DNA of 64,000 nt from a virus. This document shows, piece by piece, positions 1 through 10,035 of this stretch (position 1 is its first letter; each line of letters opens with the position of its first letter). A program made the translations under genes and the position numbers. Below the pieces are notes generated by a model. That model searched no databases. It was not told the origin of the DNA and saw nothing but the letters and a program-made list of their open reading frames with translations. Location: positions 7,279-71,278 of the IMG/VR virus record IMGVR_UViG_3300032323_000630; one strand, 5' to 3'.

Positions 1-632
1 TCTACTAATTCAGTGTGTTCTTCACCGATTTGACGTATAAAATTTTCTCTAGTAATTCGTTGATCAAATGCACTGGCAACTATAAAATCCCAACCTTGTG
101 CTTTGGCAAACATTGCTGCTTCGCGAATGTTTAACAGTGCTTCAATACAAACAAACTTTTCACTCCATATATCTCGAGCGTATGCTTCCCACAATTGTTT
201 GTGCGTGGCATTTTTATCCCAAGGATTAGGCCACATAGCAAAAAAGTGATAATGTTCTTCAAATTGCCTATTAATAAAATCAAAACGCTCTATACCACTA
301 AGCATTAATACAAGAATCGCTTTATTTGCTTTTTCTATTTTAACCTTAGGATTAATGTATAGCTCTTTTACACTTGCTCTATTTCCCTTGCCGGATGCTC
401 CGAAATTTACCGGAGTAAAATTAGGAAGATGATTTTTACAAATTTGAGATACCCAACTATATTCGTACATTTCAAATTCTAAATCTTTAGGAATCTTCAA
501 TGGATCAACGAACCCGCCATATTCTTTGTAGGTTTCTTTACTCCAACTTCCCACACCTTGTGTAAAGCTATCCCCCAAGCCAATAATTAATTTTGAACTT
601 TCATCTATTGGGGGTATATGGATATCATACAT
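1..632 (-). CDS. SGNH/GDSL-hydrolase-like protein (runs off the window edge)
   Basis: Not in the ORF track. ATG at 632 overlaps the upstream TAA. Translates MYDIHIPPIDESSKLIIGLGDSFTQGVGSW, with a GDSFT block-I motif and later NFGASGKGN (block II). Confidence 0.6.
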   Translation of the reverse strand, partial: MYDIHIPPIDESSKLIIGLGDSFTQGVGSWSKETYKEYGGFVDPLKIPKDLEFEMYEYSWVSQICKNHLPNFTPVNFGASGKGNRASVKELYINPKVKIEKANKAILVLMLSGIERFDFINRQFEEHYHFFAMWPNPWDKNATHKQLWEAYARDIWSEKFVCIEALLNIREAAMFAKAQGWDFIVASAFDQRITRENFIRQIGEEHTELV

Positions 633-1888
633 TATGTTTTTCCTAATTTAAAATAATTGTTATACGCTTGCTGTAATCTAATAAATGCCGGATTTATTTT
701 TGTAGTATTGTTTTTTAAAGTTTCATAATTGTGTTCTAAGATTGGTCGCATAGATTCAAACCAACTTGCTTTATCCTTGATTGCGATTATTTTTTTTATC
801 GATTCTACTATTGCATCATATCTTTCGAATGTTGGCAATTCATCATACCGTTCGTCAATGAATCCTTCAAATGTTTTATATCCCATATCACGTAATTCTT
901 TTAAACTACCCTTGTTGCCCAACACAATAAACGGATGAAAACATACAATCGGTTTAAAAACTTTTTCACTTAAAAATAATTGTTGATCATAATCTGAAAA
1001 AGATGGTTCTGAAATTACAGTGACCCAAGAATCTAAGCACACTTGATCTTGTATTCTTTTTATATAATACAAATCGTCGAATTCATTATTGTTTTTTCCA
1101 TGAACTAATAATGGCAAAATAGAATTTGCTATTTCTGCTCGTTCTTTTGGAACTCCGCGACCTTCGAAATAAACAGTATTTGTATTAAAGGGATTCATAC
1201 TTACTAACCCGTATTTCAATAATTCCTCTTCAAACATTCTGATGTAAAACCAAATCCTATGTCCGCGAAGTCTTTTTTGCAAACAATTAAAATCTTTAAT
1301 TTCATTTATTTGTTTATGTGATATATGCTTATCAACTGATATATCTAAAGACGACCATACAGAATTATTGTAAACATCTGCCTCAAAATGCACATACGGA
1401 ATAGCTGTTATTCTATTTTTAATTGCGTTTTCGGTTGCCCATTTATCGTATTGTTTATCGCATAAGGAATTTCCGGTAACGTAGACTATTGCTTCTGGAG
1501 GAACTTGATAATCCTCACATTCTTTATGAAAAAATTCCCACAACCATTCTGCATGATATCCCTCTAATGATTGATCAAATAACAGCATCGCTTTACCATC
1601 TCGAACATCATTAAGTTGTTTTTTGCCGATATAAGAAAATACCGTTTCTTTATTATTGCCGATCGCCTTTGAATACCCTGTCCAGTCATTAGGGCTATGA
1701 TTAACTCCGGTAGGTATGATGTACGGGCGAGGTTTATTTTTCATAGAGTACGGTTGTGCTATTTGAGTTCTATGTAATATAGTCATAGCCATAGGAGATG
1801 GCGCGAATCTTCTAGCTCCCGATCCAATAATATCGGAACAGTTTGTAAAATTTAAATGATTATCTTTATCTTCAAAAACAAAATCCAT
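632..1888 (-). CDS. Hypothetical protein of a phage glycan-modification cluster, possibly glycosyltransferase-like
   Basis: 418-aa ORF coupled to its neighbours. C-terminal LSEKVFKPI..HPFIVLG..GYKTF..IDERYD block. The function is inferred from context only. Confidence 0.45.
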   Translation of the reverse strand: MDFVFEDKDNHLNFTNCSDIIGSGARRFAPSPMAMTILHRTQIAQPYSMKNKPRPYIIPTGVNHSPNDWTGYSKAIGNNKETVFSYIGKKQLNDVRDGKAMLLFDQSLEGYHAEWLWEFFHKECEDYQVPPEAIVYVTGNSLCDKQYDKWATENAIKNRITAIPYVHFEADVYNNSVWSSLDISVDKHISHKQINEIKDFNCLQKRLRGHRIWFYIRMFEEELLKYGLVSMNPFNTNTVYFEGRGVPKERAEIANSILPLLVHGKNNNEFDDLYYIKRIQDQVCLDSWVTVISEPSFSDYDQQLFLSEKVFKPIVCFHPFIVLGNKGSLKELRDMGYKTFEGFIDERYDELPTFERYDAIVESIKKIIAIKDKASWFESMRPILEHNYETLKNNTTKINPAFIRLQQAYNNYFKLGKT

Positions 1889-2889
1889 TACATTAACCTA
1901 TCTCGCCATGGCTGCGGTGTTTTATCATTTATAATTTCTAAAGGAAAACTGTAATCAAAAGGCTTTGGACCCCGATTCTTAATCCAATCAGCGGTATTTT
2001 TAACTGCCTGTTTCACATCGATCGTAGTTTTATATCCTAAAATTTTTCTAGCTTTATCACTGGAGCAGATGGCATCTTTTACTTCTCGAGGACGTTCAGG
2101 GAAATAAATCGGAGGCTCGGCAAATTTACATTCTTCAGCAACTATCGAAACTATTTCATTAATTGTGATAGTGCCTTCGTCTGGGCCAATATTAATTATT
2201 TCTCCGACAATGGTAGGATCAAGTGCCATTTTTTCTAAACAATAGATACAATCATCAATATAACTAAAACAGCGTGTCTGATTACCATCACCATACACAA
2301 TAGCTGGTTTTCCTTGTAGATTGCGATTTATCATGATACTGATCACATTACGAAAAGGATCATCGTATCGTTGTCTCGGCCCGACAATATTATGAGGAAC
2401 TGCAATATTCCATTCCATTCCATGTGTTTCGCACAGAACCTTAAGTGTTTCCTCTCCGGCAACTTTTGCGATTCCATACGGATCAATTGGCTGTGTCTGT
2501 TGTGATTCTTTGAAAGGGGTTTCTTGATCACCGTATCTTGCCATACTCGAACAATAGACAAATCTTTTTACTCCAACAGCAATAGCTGCACTTATAGTAC
2601 TGACCGATGCTTGATAGATATTCTTAGTAATAAAGTTAGGACTGAACACACTTAATCCTTCGTGTGCGGTGGCAGCGGTATGTATGACAACATCGCTGTT
2701 GTTCATTATTGTTTTTAATTTTTCGTAGTCGCAGCAATCAACAGCATGGAATTCTATTCTAGGATCTAAATTATCTAAATACCCTCCGATCAATGTGTCA
2801 TTACCAGCAACGTTATGTCCAAGAGCCAACATCTTATCTGCTATATGACTACCTAAAAATCCTGCTACGCCTGTAATAAAAATTTTCAT
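1888..2889 (-). CDS. NAD-dependent epimerase/dehydratase (extended SDR, nucleotide-sugar modifying)
   Basis: ITGVAGFLG Rossmann motif, SS and YGIAK (YxxxK), GDGNQTRCF. Start placed at ATG 2889, which forms an ATGA overlap with the upstream stop. Confidence 0.9.
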   Translation of the reverse strand: MKIFITGVAGFLGSHIADKMLALGHNVAGNDTLIGGYLDNLDPRIEFHAVDCCDYEKLKTIMNNSDVVIHTAATAHEGLSVFSPNFITKNIYQASVSTISAAIAVGVKRFVYCSSMARYGDQETPFKESQQTQPIDPYGIAKVAGEETLKVLCETHGMEWNIAVPHNIVGPRQRYDDPFRNVISIMINRNLQGKPAIVYGDGNQTRCFSYIDDCIYCLEKMALDPTIVGEIINIGPDEGTITINEIVSIVAEECKFAEPPIYFPERPREVKDAICSSDKARKILGYKTTIDVKQAVKNTADWIKNRGPKPFDYSFPLEIINDKTPQPWRDRLM

Positions 2890-4250
2890 ACGTTTGCACA
2901 ATCCCAATAAAAATTTATAAGTTCTGGAAAGGTATTTTGGAAATCAGTACCTCGTCTGCGATCATATTCAGTAAACCAATTAAAGAAGTCGCGTTTGCCT
3001 TCTAACAGTCTTTCCTGGGTATATAGAGTCGTTTCCATGTATTTTACAACTCTTAGGAATTTTTCGTACTCTAACTCACTGAATTTACTACGATTTTTAT
3101 CGTCTAAATTGGCTAGAATGAAGTCTAGGTATCTTTGCATGTATGGCATAAATTCTTCTTTAGGCAATATATTCATATCGTACTGTAAAGGCTCTTTTAA
3201 GAACGGTGTGTCAAATCTAATACGCTGCCATTTATTCTGTTCAAATCCATTGTATTTTTCACGCCATTCTAATATTTTTTCTAACAAACTTTGAAAATTT
3301 GTTACTGTTAAGATATTGAATGTTATCATGAATGTGATAGGAAGTTTTGTTTTTGTAAGATAGGTATCTAGATTCTGTTCCCACACTGTTAAATCTAATC
3401 CTGTTCGAATGTATTCGGCAGCAGGGCCCCAAGTATCAACACTGGTGAAAATTTTAAAATCTTTTATAGCACCAATATCTAATAATCGATTTACTTTGTC
3501 TACTAGACGTTGTATTAATATAGGCTTAACACCAAAGTTACTATTGATATTCAATTCTAACTGCGGCTGAGGATTGCGTTCTAGTTCTTCAAATAGTCTC
3601 CAGGTGCTGGACTGTAGCAACGGCTCTCCTCCGGTGATTCGTAAAATGGTCAGTGTCTTGCTGACTTCTGGCCACCAACGCCACCATGCTTCAACATAGG
3701 GGTTATTTTCTTCTTCATGGATCTCAAACCAATCGATATCATTGCGATGATTCTTAACCATGGTATATGGTCCGTGATCTTTGATCTCTTTGTAATAACT
3801 GCTAGAATGTTTAGGATGACAATATCCGCATTTAAAATTGCATTCATTCCCGAATGAGATTTCTATGTATTGAGGATTTACCGGAGCTAGCGGATTGGCT
3901 TTAATAGCTCCGAGCCTTTCTTCAGTATAGATACTTGCGTTACGTTCTTTACGATCGCTGATATAATCTTCTCCCATTGCTTCGATATTCCAGCAATAGT
4001 TACAGCCACTAGGTTTTTGGCCTGCGATCATTTCTGCTCGTTGACTGATCTTTTCTTTGGTGTTATGTAATGCGCTTGGGTCGACCGCTATTTCTTCTAA
4101 AGGAATTTTATGAGGGGCAGGATGATAGCAACTGTGTGTTTCTCCTGTCTGTAGGTAAATGGTCGTGTGGTGCCACTTCGCCAAACAAAAAGTAGGACTA
4201 ATCTCGTTCATTATAGGAATGAACTTTTGTATGCGCTGCTTATCGTCCAC
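2886..4250 (-). CDS. Radical SAM protein with N-terminal twitch/SPASM-like Cys cluster
   Basis: CNFKCGYC (CX3CX2C) and TGGEPLL. N-terminal FCLAKW..SCYH..CNYCW cysteines. Confidence 0.9.
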   Translation of the reverse strand: MDDKQRIQKFIPIMNEISPTFCLAKWHHTTIYLQTGETHSCYHPAPHKIPLEEIAVDPSALHNTKEKISQRAEMIAGQKPSGCNYCWNIEAMGEDYISDRKERNASIYTEERLGAIKANPLAPVNPQYIEISFGNECNFKCGYCHPKHSSSYYKEIKDHGPYTMVKNHRNDIDWFEIHEEENNPYVEAWWRWWPEVSKTLTILRITGGEPLLQSSTWRLFEELERNPQPQLELNINSNFGVKPILIQRLVDKVNRLLDIGAIKDFKIFTSVDTWGPAAEYIRTGLDLTVWEQNLDTYLTKTKLPITFMITFNILTVTNFQSLLEKILEWREKYNGFEQNKWQRIRFDTPFLKEPLQYDMNILPKEEFMPYMQRYLDFILANLDDKNRSKFSELEYEKFLRVVKYMETTLYTQERLLEGKRDFFNWFTEYDRRRGTDFQNTFPELINFYWDCANV

Positions 4251-5739
4251 GGAACTGTTCCTCTGACCATTCAGTTTTATTTAAATAGGTTCTTGTATAT
4301 AAATTTATACGATTTACTTCTTGTATATGATCGATGCCTGTTACTGCCCTGTATTTTTCTACTATATTGTAGTAGTTGTCTAGGACTGTTTGTGCATACG
4401 TAGAATCAATGTTTTTTGTTGCTCCCACTTTGTTTCCTAATGCAATTAACCATGTGGTCCAATTTGCACCTGTAAATAAATGACCAGATTTTTTATGTTC
4501 CGAGTATATTGGTCCTGATTTTATTAATTCTTCTTTTAACTCTATATTATTGGTTTTAACATAATTATTTTTTACGTTTTGCCAAAATGGTTCTGTTCTT
4601 TCGGTATTAGAGTAATGCGAACTTACAAAATCCACAGAACTTTCAAAACTTTCTGTAAATTGATAATTATACAAATTGATACTATCAGTAGTATAAGAAA
4701 AGTCTGCAATCCTGTCAAATAATTGTTTAGTTTGGGAAATAATTAATGCGATTCCTGTGCTTTCTAATGGTTCTATAAATCCTGCACTTAGTCCAATTGA
4801 AACTACATTATTAACCCACGGAGTTTTAGTATACTGTGGCGTCCAATCTAATACACGTATTTTATTTTTGTCTACTCGACCATCCCAAAAATTTACAAAA
4901 AAGTCTTTTGCACTGTCTACACTTGTAATATTTTTATCAAATACTAGTCCAGTACCAATTCTACTGGCTGTAGGAGTTATCCATATCCACCCGTGATCGA
5001 CTGCAACAGCCTTTGTATACGGATGCATTTCATTCTGTTTATCAGTATACTGTACCGGACATGCAAGTGCTGTATTACAAAATAATCTACCGTATAGTGA
5101 TTCGTACTTAACGTCATTGATTATTGATTTCATTCCGGTGCAGTCAATAAACAAATCGCTGACAATCAATCTTTCATCTTTTAACTTTAGCCCTTCTACT
5201 TTATTATTATTATTTCTAATAACAGTTACTACATCAGATTTTATTAATTTACATCGATGCATTATTCTATCTTGTATGTAGGTAACTAACTTTCCTGCAT
5301 CAACATGAAATGCATAAGAATCTATAACACTTCTATCTATCTTATTTTGTTTGGATACTTCGTACATACAAGTACCCCTAGTTTTAAAATCTAAGTTCTG
5401 TGTATGACTCCAAGCATCTTGCATTCTTATATTTGCGTCAACTAATGGACTCAAATAGAATGGCGCCCATACTTCATTGTTTTGAGTTACCCAGCCCGGA
5501 TATAAAATTCCTGCTTTAAACGTTGCATCGCAATTTGTAAACCAATCTTCAAATTCAAATCCGCAATCGTCCATGAAACTAGCAAATCCTAATAACGTAG
5601 CTTCACCTACGCCTATCGGAGTTCCTACTTCTTTATCAATAACCGTTATATTAAATCCACGTTTAGAAAGATATGCTGCTGTTAGCCAAGCAGAAGTTCC
5701 GCCGCCAACAATTGTTATATTATTCACTTTATAATTCAA
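4240..5739 (-). CDS. Flavin-dependent (tryptophan-halogenase family) halogenase
   Basis: VGGGTSAW FAD motif, IGVGEAT, ATFKAGI (catalytic Lys position), FIDCTG, GWIWITP, GFIEPLESTG. TTG start with an AGGAG RBS. Confidence 0.88.
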   Translation of the reverse strand: MNYKVNNITIVGGGTSAWLTAAYLSKRGFNITVIDKEVGTPIGVGEATLLGFASFMDDCGFEFEDWFTNCDATFKAGILYPGWVTQNNEVWAPFYLSPLVDANIRMQDAWSHTQNLDFKTRGTCMYEVSKQNKIDRSVIDSYAFHVDAGKLVTYIQDRIMHRCKLIKSDVVTVIRNNNNKVEGLKLKDERLIVSDLFIDCTGMKSIINDVKYESLYGRLFCNTALACPVQYTDKQNEMHPYTKAVAVDHGWIWITPTASRIGTGLVFDKNITSVDSAKDFFVNFWDGRVDKNKIRVLDWTPQYTKTPWVNNVVSIGLSAGFIEPLESTGIALIISQTKQLFDRIADFSYTTDSINLYNYQFTESFESSVDFVSSHYSNTERTEPFWQNVKNNYVKTNNIELKEELIKSGPIYSEHKKSGHLFTGANWTTWLIALGNKVGATKNIDSTYAQTVLDNYYNIVEKYRAVTGIDHIQEVNRINLYTRTYLNKTEWSEEQFRGR

Positions 5740-5748
5740 TGTGATCTC

Positions 5749-6435
5749 CTAACCCGCTGAACCGTTCATGTATTCATGTAACCAATCAAAATCATTAATC
5801 ATTTTTAACGCTTCGTTGTTATCTTTGTTTTCTAATCCGTACTGCTTACCTTGTACGGCGCCTTCAATGGCTTGTCTGCCAAACGGTCGATCGATACCTC
5901 TAGTACACCAAACATTCAATCTATAGTTTGTATCTACATCATCCTGTCGATCAATAGTTTTGCTGGCTAACTTTACACATTCTCTAAACGCACTTTTCCA
6001 TGTATTAAAAGCATCTACATTGAAAGCGGTAATATTACTGATCTCTGGCATTGCTTTGAACAGTGATGAGATGCTGGTGGTCATGTCTGGCTTAGAAACA
6101 TCCATGTTTTGTGTTAGGCTCTTGGGCAATAGTTTTACACCGCCATACCCATATTCTAGATCATTAATAGGATTAATACTTCTCCAGACATGTACATTTT
6201 CTAAATCATATTCGCTGACCACATGATCGAAATTAAAGGTATCTAATATCTGTGCGTCAGCATCTACTACCCAGAACATTTTTGTAAATGCTTTTTTTGC
6301 AGCCGCAATATGTGCTTGATGTATGCCTTTGATTCCTTGAACTCGTTGAGCATAGGGGAATCTCGCTTTTAGGCGAGAGAAGTTTTCATCTGCTTGCGGT
6401 TCATTATAACTGATAAAGATTATATCGTATCTCAT
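5749..6435 (-). CDS. GT-A fold glycosyltransferase-like protein
   Basis: DIIFISY.EP N-terminus and VVDAD (DXD) motif. Clear paralogue of the adjacent 293-aa ORF. Confidence 0.7.
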   Translation of the reverse strand: MRYDIIFISYNEPQADENFSRLKARFPYAQRVQGIKGIHQAHIAAAKKAFTKMFWVVDADAQILDTFNFDHVVSEYDLENVHVWRSINPINDLEYGYGGVKLLPKSLTQNMDVSKPDMTTSISSLFKAMPEISNITAFNVDAFNTWKSAFRECVKLASKTIDRQDDVDTNYRLNVWCTRGIDRPFGRQAIEGAVQGKQYGLENKDNNEALKMINDFDWLHEYMNGSAG

Positions 6436-7313
6436 TGCTTGTAATAGGTCAATCCTAGGTTAATAGTTTCGTCATATAAATCTAAAATATATTTGCTTTG
6501 TTGCGGCGTGAAGTCTGGCCAATCTAGACCTAGATTCACTTTTATCTTTTCTCCTAGCTCAACAATATCGTGTTCTATATTATCATGATTGATATTCTGT
6601 TCATACATATTTCTTAAGATTTCAAAATCTCTAACATCGATGTAATTCCAATCTGTGCAATTAGTTATCCATGTTCCTAGTCTGGCACCAAGAATAGCAT
6701 ACAGCCCATGTTCTTCATGTGCGCCTACAGTTGACCACATACGCAATCTATGGATATTATGCCACCAAATCCGTTCTTTAATTTCCTGTGGCGGCACACG
6801 AACTCCGTCAAGCAAAGTCATTTTAACCCCTTCTCGGAATCCTGCTCGCCATGCTTGGAATGGTGATCCAGTTATAATGCTGTCGCTGTAGACTCGGGGA
6901 AAATTTCTATAACCTTCTTCCCAACAAAAATCAACCTGTCCGCGATCGCTGTCACTGGCTTCATGTGTACGCATGTTTAACACAAACTCTTTCTTCCAGA
7001 TTTTAAGACCGCCGTTACCATATCTCAATCCGTTGACGCTGTTACGTCCACACCACCCGTAGACCTGTATCTTAGGATCACTCATGTCCAAGTCTAAATC
7101 AAAAAATTCAGTGTGTACGATGTTGTCGGCATCTACAGTGATAAACCACTCAGTGTCTGATAAAGCTGCTGCGGCTTTATGGGCAGCATCTGATCCTTTG
7201 ACTCCATGCACACGTTTGGCCCACGGTGCTTTGGTTAGCAGATCAGCATAATGCACGTCAGCGTTGGGTTCATCGTAACTGAGAAACACTATATCAAATT
7301 CTACTGTTTTCAT
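6432..7313 (-). CDS. GT-A fold glycosyltransferase-like protein (paralogue)
   Basis: DIVFLSYDEP, TVDAD, NGLRYGNGGLK and AWRAGFREGVK match the 228-aa neighbour. Confidence 0.7.
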   Translation of the reverse strand: MKTVEFDIVFLSYDEPNADVHYADLLTKAPWAKRVHGVKGSDAAHKAAAALSDTEWFITVDADNIVHTEFFDLDLDMSDPKIQVYGWCGRNSVNGLRYGNGGLKIWKKEFVLNMRTHEASDSDRGQVDFCWEEGYRNFPRVYSDSIITGSPFQAWRAGFREGVKMTLLDGVRVPPQEIKERIWWHNIHRLRMWSTVGAHEEHGLYAILGARLGTWITNCTDWNYIDVRDFEILRNMYEQNINHDNIEHDIVELGEKIKVNLGLDWPDFTPQQSKYILDLYDETINLGLTYYKQ

Positions 7314-7939
7314 TTTATATCAATTGAATAATTTTTAAAAATTCTTCTTGTGTACACACTAAACTTAGAAGGTAACGACAAGTTAGGAAATTTTTTAGAC
7401 TTTTCTAGTAAATCGGAAATTTTTAACGATATTGTGTCGTGTATGCAATTAGGGTCATTGTAGTCGGTGAGTAAGAATCTCATCTCAGTGTCACCGTCCC
7501 AAGTAATTTTCTTCTTCTTCACTGGTTGAAATTTTTCATGCTGAATATATGTTCCAGTATACTCTTCACTTAATTCAATAGTTAAGGAATTGTCTTCAAT
7601 ATTATATTTCATATAAAGATCAATTTTTTCATCGTTGGCATATTGTTTTTCAATGACTCGATGTAGTACATCATCTATTTTTACGGCAGTTTTAACTTCG
7701 GCTATTTGAAAAGTATTATCTATAACGTCCACAAAACAAGAGCTTATTTTTATCTTTCCCTCAATAATCATTTCGGCTGTTTCTCGATCAACATCTATCG
7801 TATGTTTTTCATTTTCTAAAACAGATTTTGGTCCTATACAATGCAGTGATCCCGACTTAGGATCATATACTGCTGTATATGCTGGTTCAGCCCATACAAT
7901 ATTTTTAAATAGGTCTTCTAAATTTTCTATTTCTTCCAT
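7310..7939 (-). CDS. Hypothetical protein
   Basis: 209-aa ORF overlapping both neighbours in the operon. No motif recognised. Confidence 0.7.
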   Translation of the reverse strand: MEEIENLEDLFKNIVWAEPAYTAVYDPKSGSLHCIGPKSVLENEKHTIDVDRETAEMIIEGKIKISSCFVDVIDNTFQIAEVKTAVKIDDVLHRVIEKQYANDEKIDLYMKYNIEDNSLTIELSEEYTGTYIQHEKFQPVKKKKITWDGDTEMRFLLTDYNDPNCIHDTISLKISDLLEKSKKFPNLSLPSKFSVYTRRIFKNYSIDIK

Positions 7940-8766
7940 ACTAATTCCTCTAAAATGTTGATCATTTCTTTGTTAATTTTATCTTTTTCAACATAATGAA
8001 CAATATCATATTGTTGATAATTTCCTAATTTCAATTGGCCTTTTCTATTAAGATAAAATCCTATATGATCACTCCATGCTGTTGCTGGCCAAGGCCAATT
8101 CTGCAGAGATGGTTTCATATGTACTACTCTTGGAAACTCCAACTCATAACTTATTTCATCTTGTATACCTAGTAATCTTGAACTCAGTGCAAATGCTTCG
8201 TCGGTTCCAACTACCTTGGGCCTATATTCGGATAGAAATACATTTGAAAACTCAGTAGGATTTTTAATTATATACCGACCCAATGTAAAAAATTCTTTAG
8301 ATAATTCGGATTCCTTTTTAAAGAATGTATAGAATGAATATAAATTAGGTAAATTGTTTTTTGTAAATGCTCTACGATATTCATCCGATTCGACTATCTC
8401 GCCTCTGTAATTATAAGACTTATTAGTAACGTACAATTCTGTGTTATCAATAAAATAATCAATCCAATGGCTGTAATCTCGAAGAAATAACATATCAGCA
8501 TCAAGACATACTGTATTGTCAAACGGAGTTAATATATCCATCCAACTTCGCCCATCCCAAAAAGATTCTTTATCCCACTTTATCACATGATCAAATACCC
8601 AAGAAGAATTTAATTCTTTTACAGATTCGATATCATCAATAACTAATGCTACTTGGTCGTATCCTGGCTTTTGTGTATGTTTTATACTTAATGCAAGGCC
8701 GTAGGCTAATTCGAGATAGTCGGCGTTATCAGATGTTGAAACTATAATAAGATATCCAAAACTCAT
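7927..8766 (-). CDS. GT8-like glycosyltransferase
   Basis: LAYGLALSIK, TPFDNTVCLDADM (DXD), TD and VHMK motifs. Confidence 0.7.
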   Translation of the reverse strand: MSFGYLIIVSTSDNADYLELAYGLALSIKHTQKPGYDQVALVIDDIESVKELNSSWVFDHVIKWDKESFWDGRSWMDILTPFDNTVCLDADMLFLRDYSHWIDYFIDNTELYVTNKSYNYRGEIVESDEYRRAFTKNNLPNLYSFYTFFKKESELSKEFFTLGRYIIKNPTEFSNVFLSEYRPKVVGTDEAFALSSRLLGIQDEISYELEFPRVVHMKPSLQNWPWPATAWSDHIGFYLNRKGQLKLGNYQQYDIVHYVEKDKINKEMINILEELVWKK

Positions 8767-9626
8767 TTTATCTCCAACAGTTTATCTGATTGTCTTATTA
8801 GACTTTGTTTATTCATAATGTGAATGTCTAGATTAGTTGCTGCTGCTGCAATATAGTTTGAATCTAAATTCGGAGAAATTAACATCGTTAACTTTCCAGA
8901 TGTAGAAACATCTACAAGAACATCTTTATCTAAAATTGATAGTATCGGTGGGAGTGCGAGAGTAGTATCGGTTTCATAGCCATCTAGGATATGTTTAGCG
9001 ATACTGAACGCAATATCATTTCTATATTGTCTATCATCAAATCTAAATAAATCTGAATAATATTCATAGTTTTCTCTAATTTGATCTACTAAATCAAAAA
9101 ACATTTTTGAATATTCGCTTTTCGAGAACATTACTGTTGTGGCCCAATATAAGTGAATTCCTGTATCAGAAATATATCTATCATGATACCCTAATCTTTT
9201 TTGATCATAGATATCATTTATAGCTGACGATATTAATACATCTGAATCAACGTCCCAATAATTGTTTAGAGTATCAGAGAAAATTAAAAAATCACTGTCT
9301 ATTAACAGAGTTCGATCATAAGGAGTTAATTCATATGCAGAACATCTGTTAGAATTTATAAAAGGAACTAATTTATTTTCAATTCCATCATGCAGGTTTC
9401 TTTGATTATCAGTTATCGGTTTTTCTATTTCAATAATCTTATCAAACAATGTCTTGGCCTTTTGATAGATTTTAGATTCTTTCATCCATTCGATTGTAAA
9501 CTTATCTGTTATCAACGATACCGGAACCTGAAGATATTTTGCGGCCAGCTGACCAGAGACTATTGACATTAACGCATAGTCAACATCTCTATTATTATGA
9601 GCGAAAATTAATACACCACGTGTCAT
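8763..9626 (-). CDS. GT8-like glycosyltransferase (paralogue)
   Basis: TPYDRTLLIDSDF (DXD), RNDIAFSIA and HIMNK. Confidence 0.7.
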   Translation of the reverse strand: MTRGVLIFAHNNRDVDYALMSIVSGQLAAKYLQVPVSLITDKFTIEWMKESKIYQKAKTLFDKIIEIEKPITDNQRNLHDGIENKLVPFINSNRCSAYELTPYDRTLLIDSDFLIFSDTLNNYWDVDSDVLISSAINDIYDQKRLGYHDRYISDTGIHLYWATTVMFSKSEYSKMFFDLVDQIRENYEYYSDLFRFDDRQYRNDIAFSIAKHILDGYETDTTLALPPILSILDKDVLVDVSTSGKLTMLISPNLDSNYIAAAATNLDIHIMNKQSLIRQSDKLLEIK

Positions 9627-9973
9627 AGATCTAATATTTTTTCAACACTTCTACTTTTTTTCAAAAGTTCGTATTGTTCATAATATTCTAGTGTAGTAGT
9701 GAAATATCTATCAAAAATCTCATCTCTAAAAATATTTAGATCTTCGATCATTATTGGATTATTATTAATATCAAGAAGAAGTACACCCGAAATTCTACCT
9801 TGATCGATCAGCATCTGAACAAAGGTAATTAGAGATTGATCGATTTTAAATACGCCGCCGTTATGCCCGTAGGTCAGTTTAGATGCGATCTTTTCTTTGA
9901 GTAATTTTTTTTGAATCGCAAAAGTTTGGCGATAGTTGGCAAATTCTAAAGATTTTTTTAAACGGTCGTCCAT
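9623..9973 (-). CDS. Hypothetical protein, first gene of the modification operon
   Basis: 116-aa ORF with an AGGA RBS and a late-promoter motif upstream. Confidence 0.7.
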   Translation of the reverse strand: MDDRLKKSLEFANYRQTFAIQKKLLKEKIASKLTYGHNGGVFKIDQSLITFVQMLIDQGRISGVLLLDINNNPIMIEDLNIFRDEIFDRYFTTTLEYYEQYELLKKSRSVEKILDL

Positions 9974-9974
9974 G

Positions 9975-10033
9975 TATTTTTTCCTAACAATATAGTAGCA
10001 GTTTATTTATTTGCTATTATCTTAGGAAAAATA
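9975..10033 (-). promoter_or_regulatory. Late promoter (AATAAATA, 10004-10011) in the loop of a hairpin that covers the downstream RBS
   Basis: Minus strand reads TTTTTCCTAA-G-ATAATAGCA-[AATAAATAAAC]-TGCTACTAT-ATTG-TTAGGAAAAA-ATAC-ATG. Confidence 0.65.
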
Positions 10034-10035
10034 TT

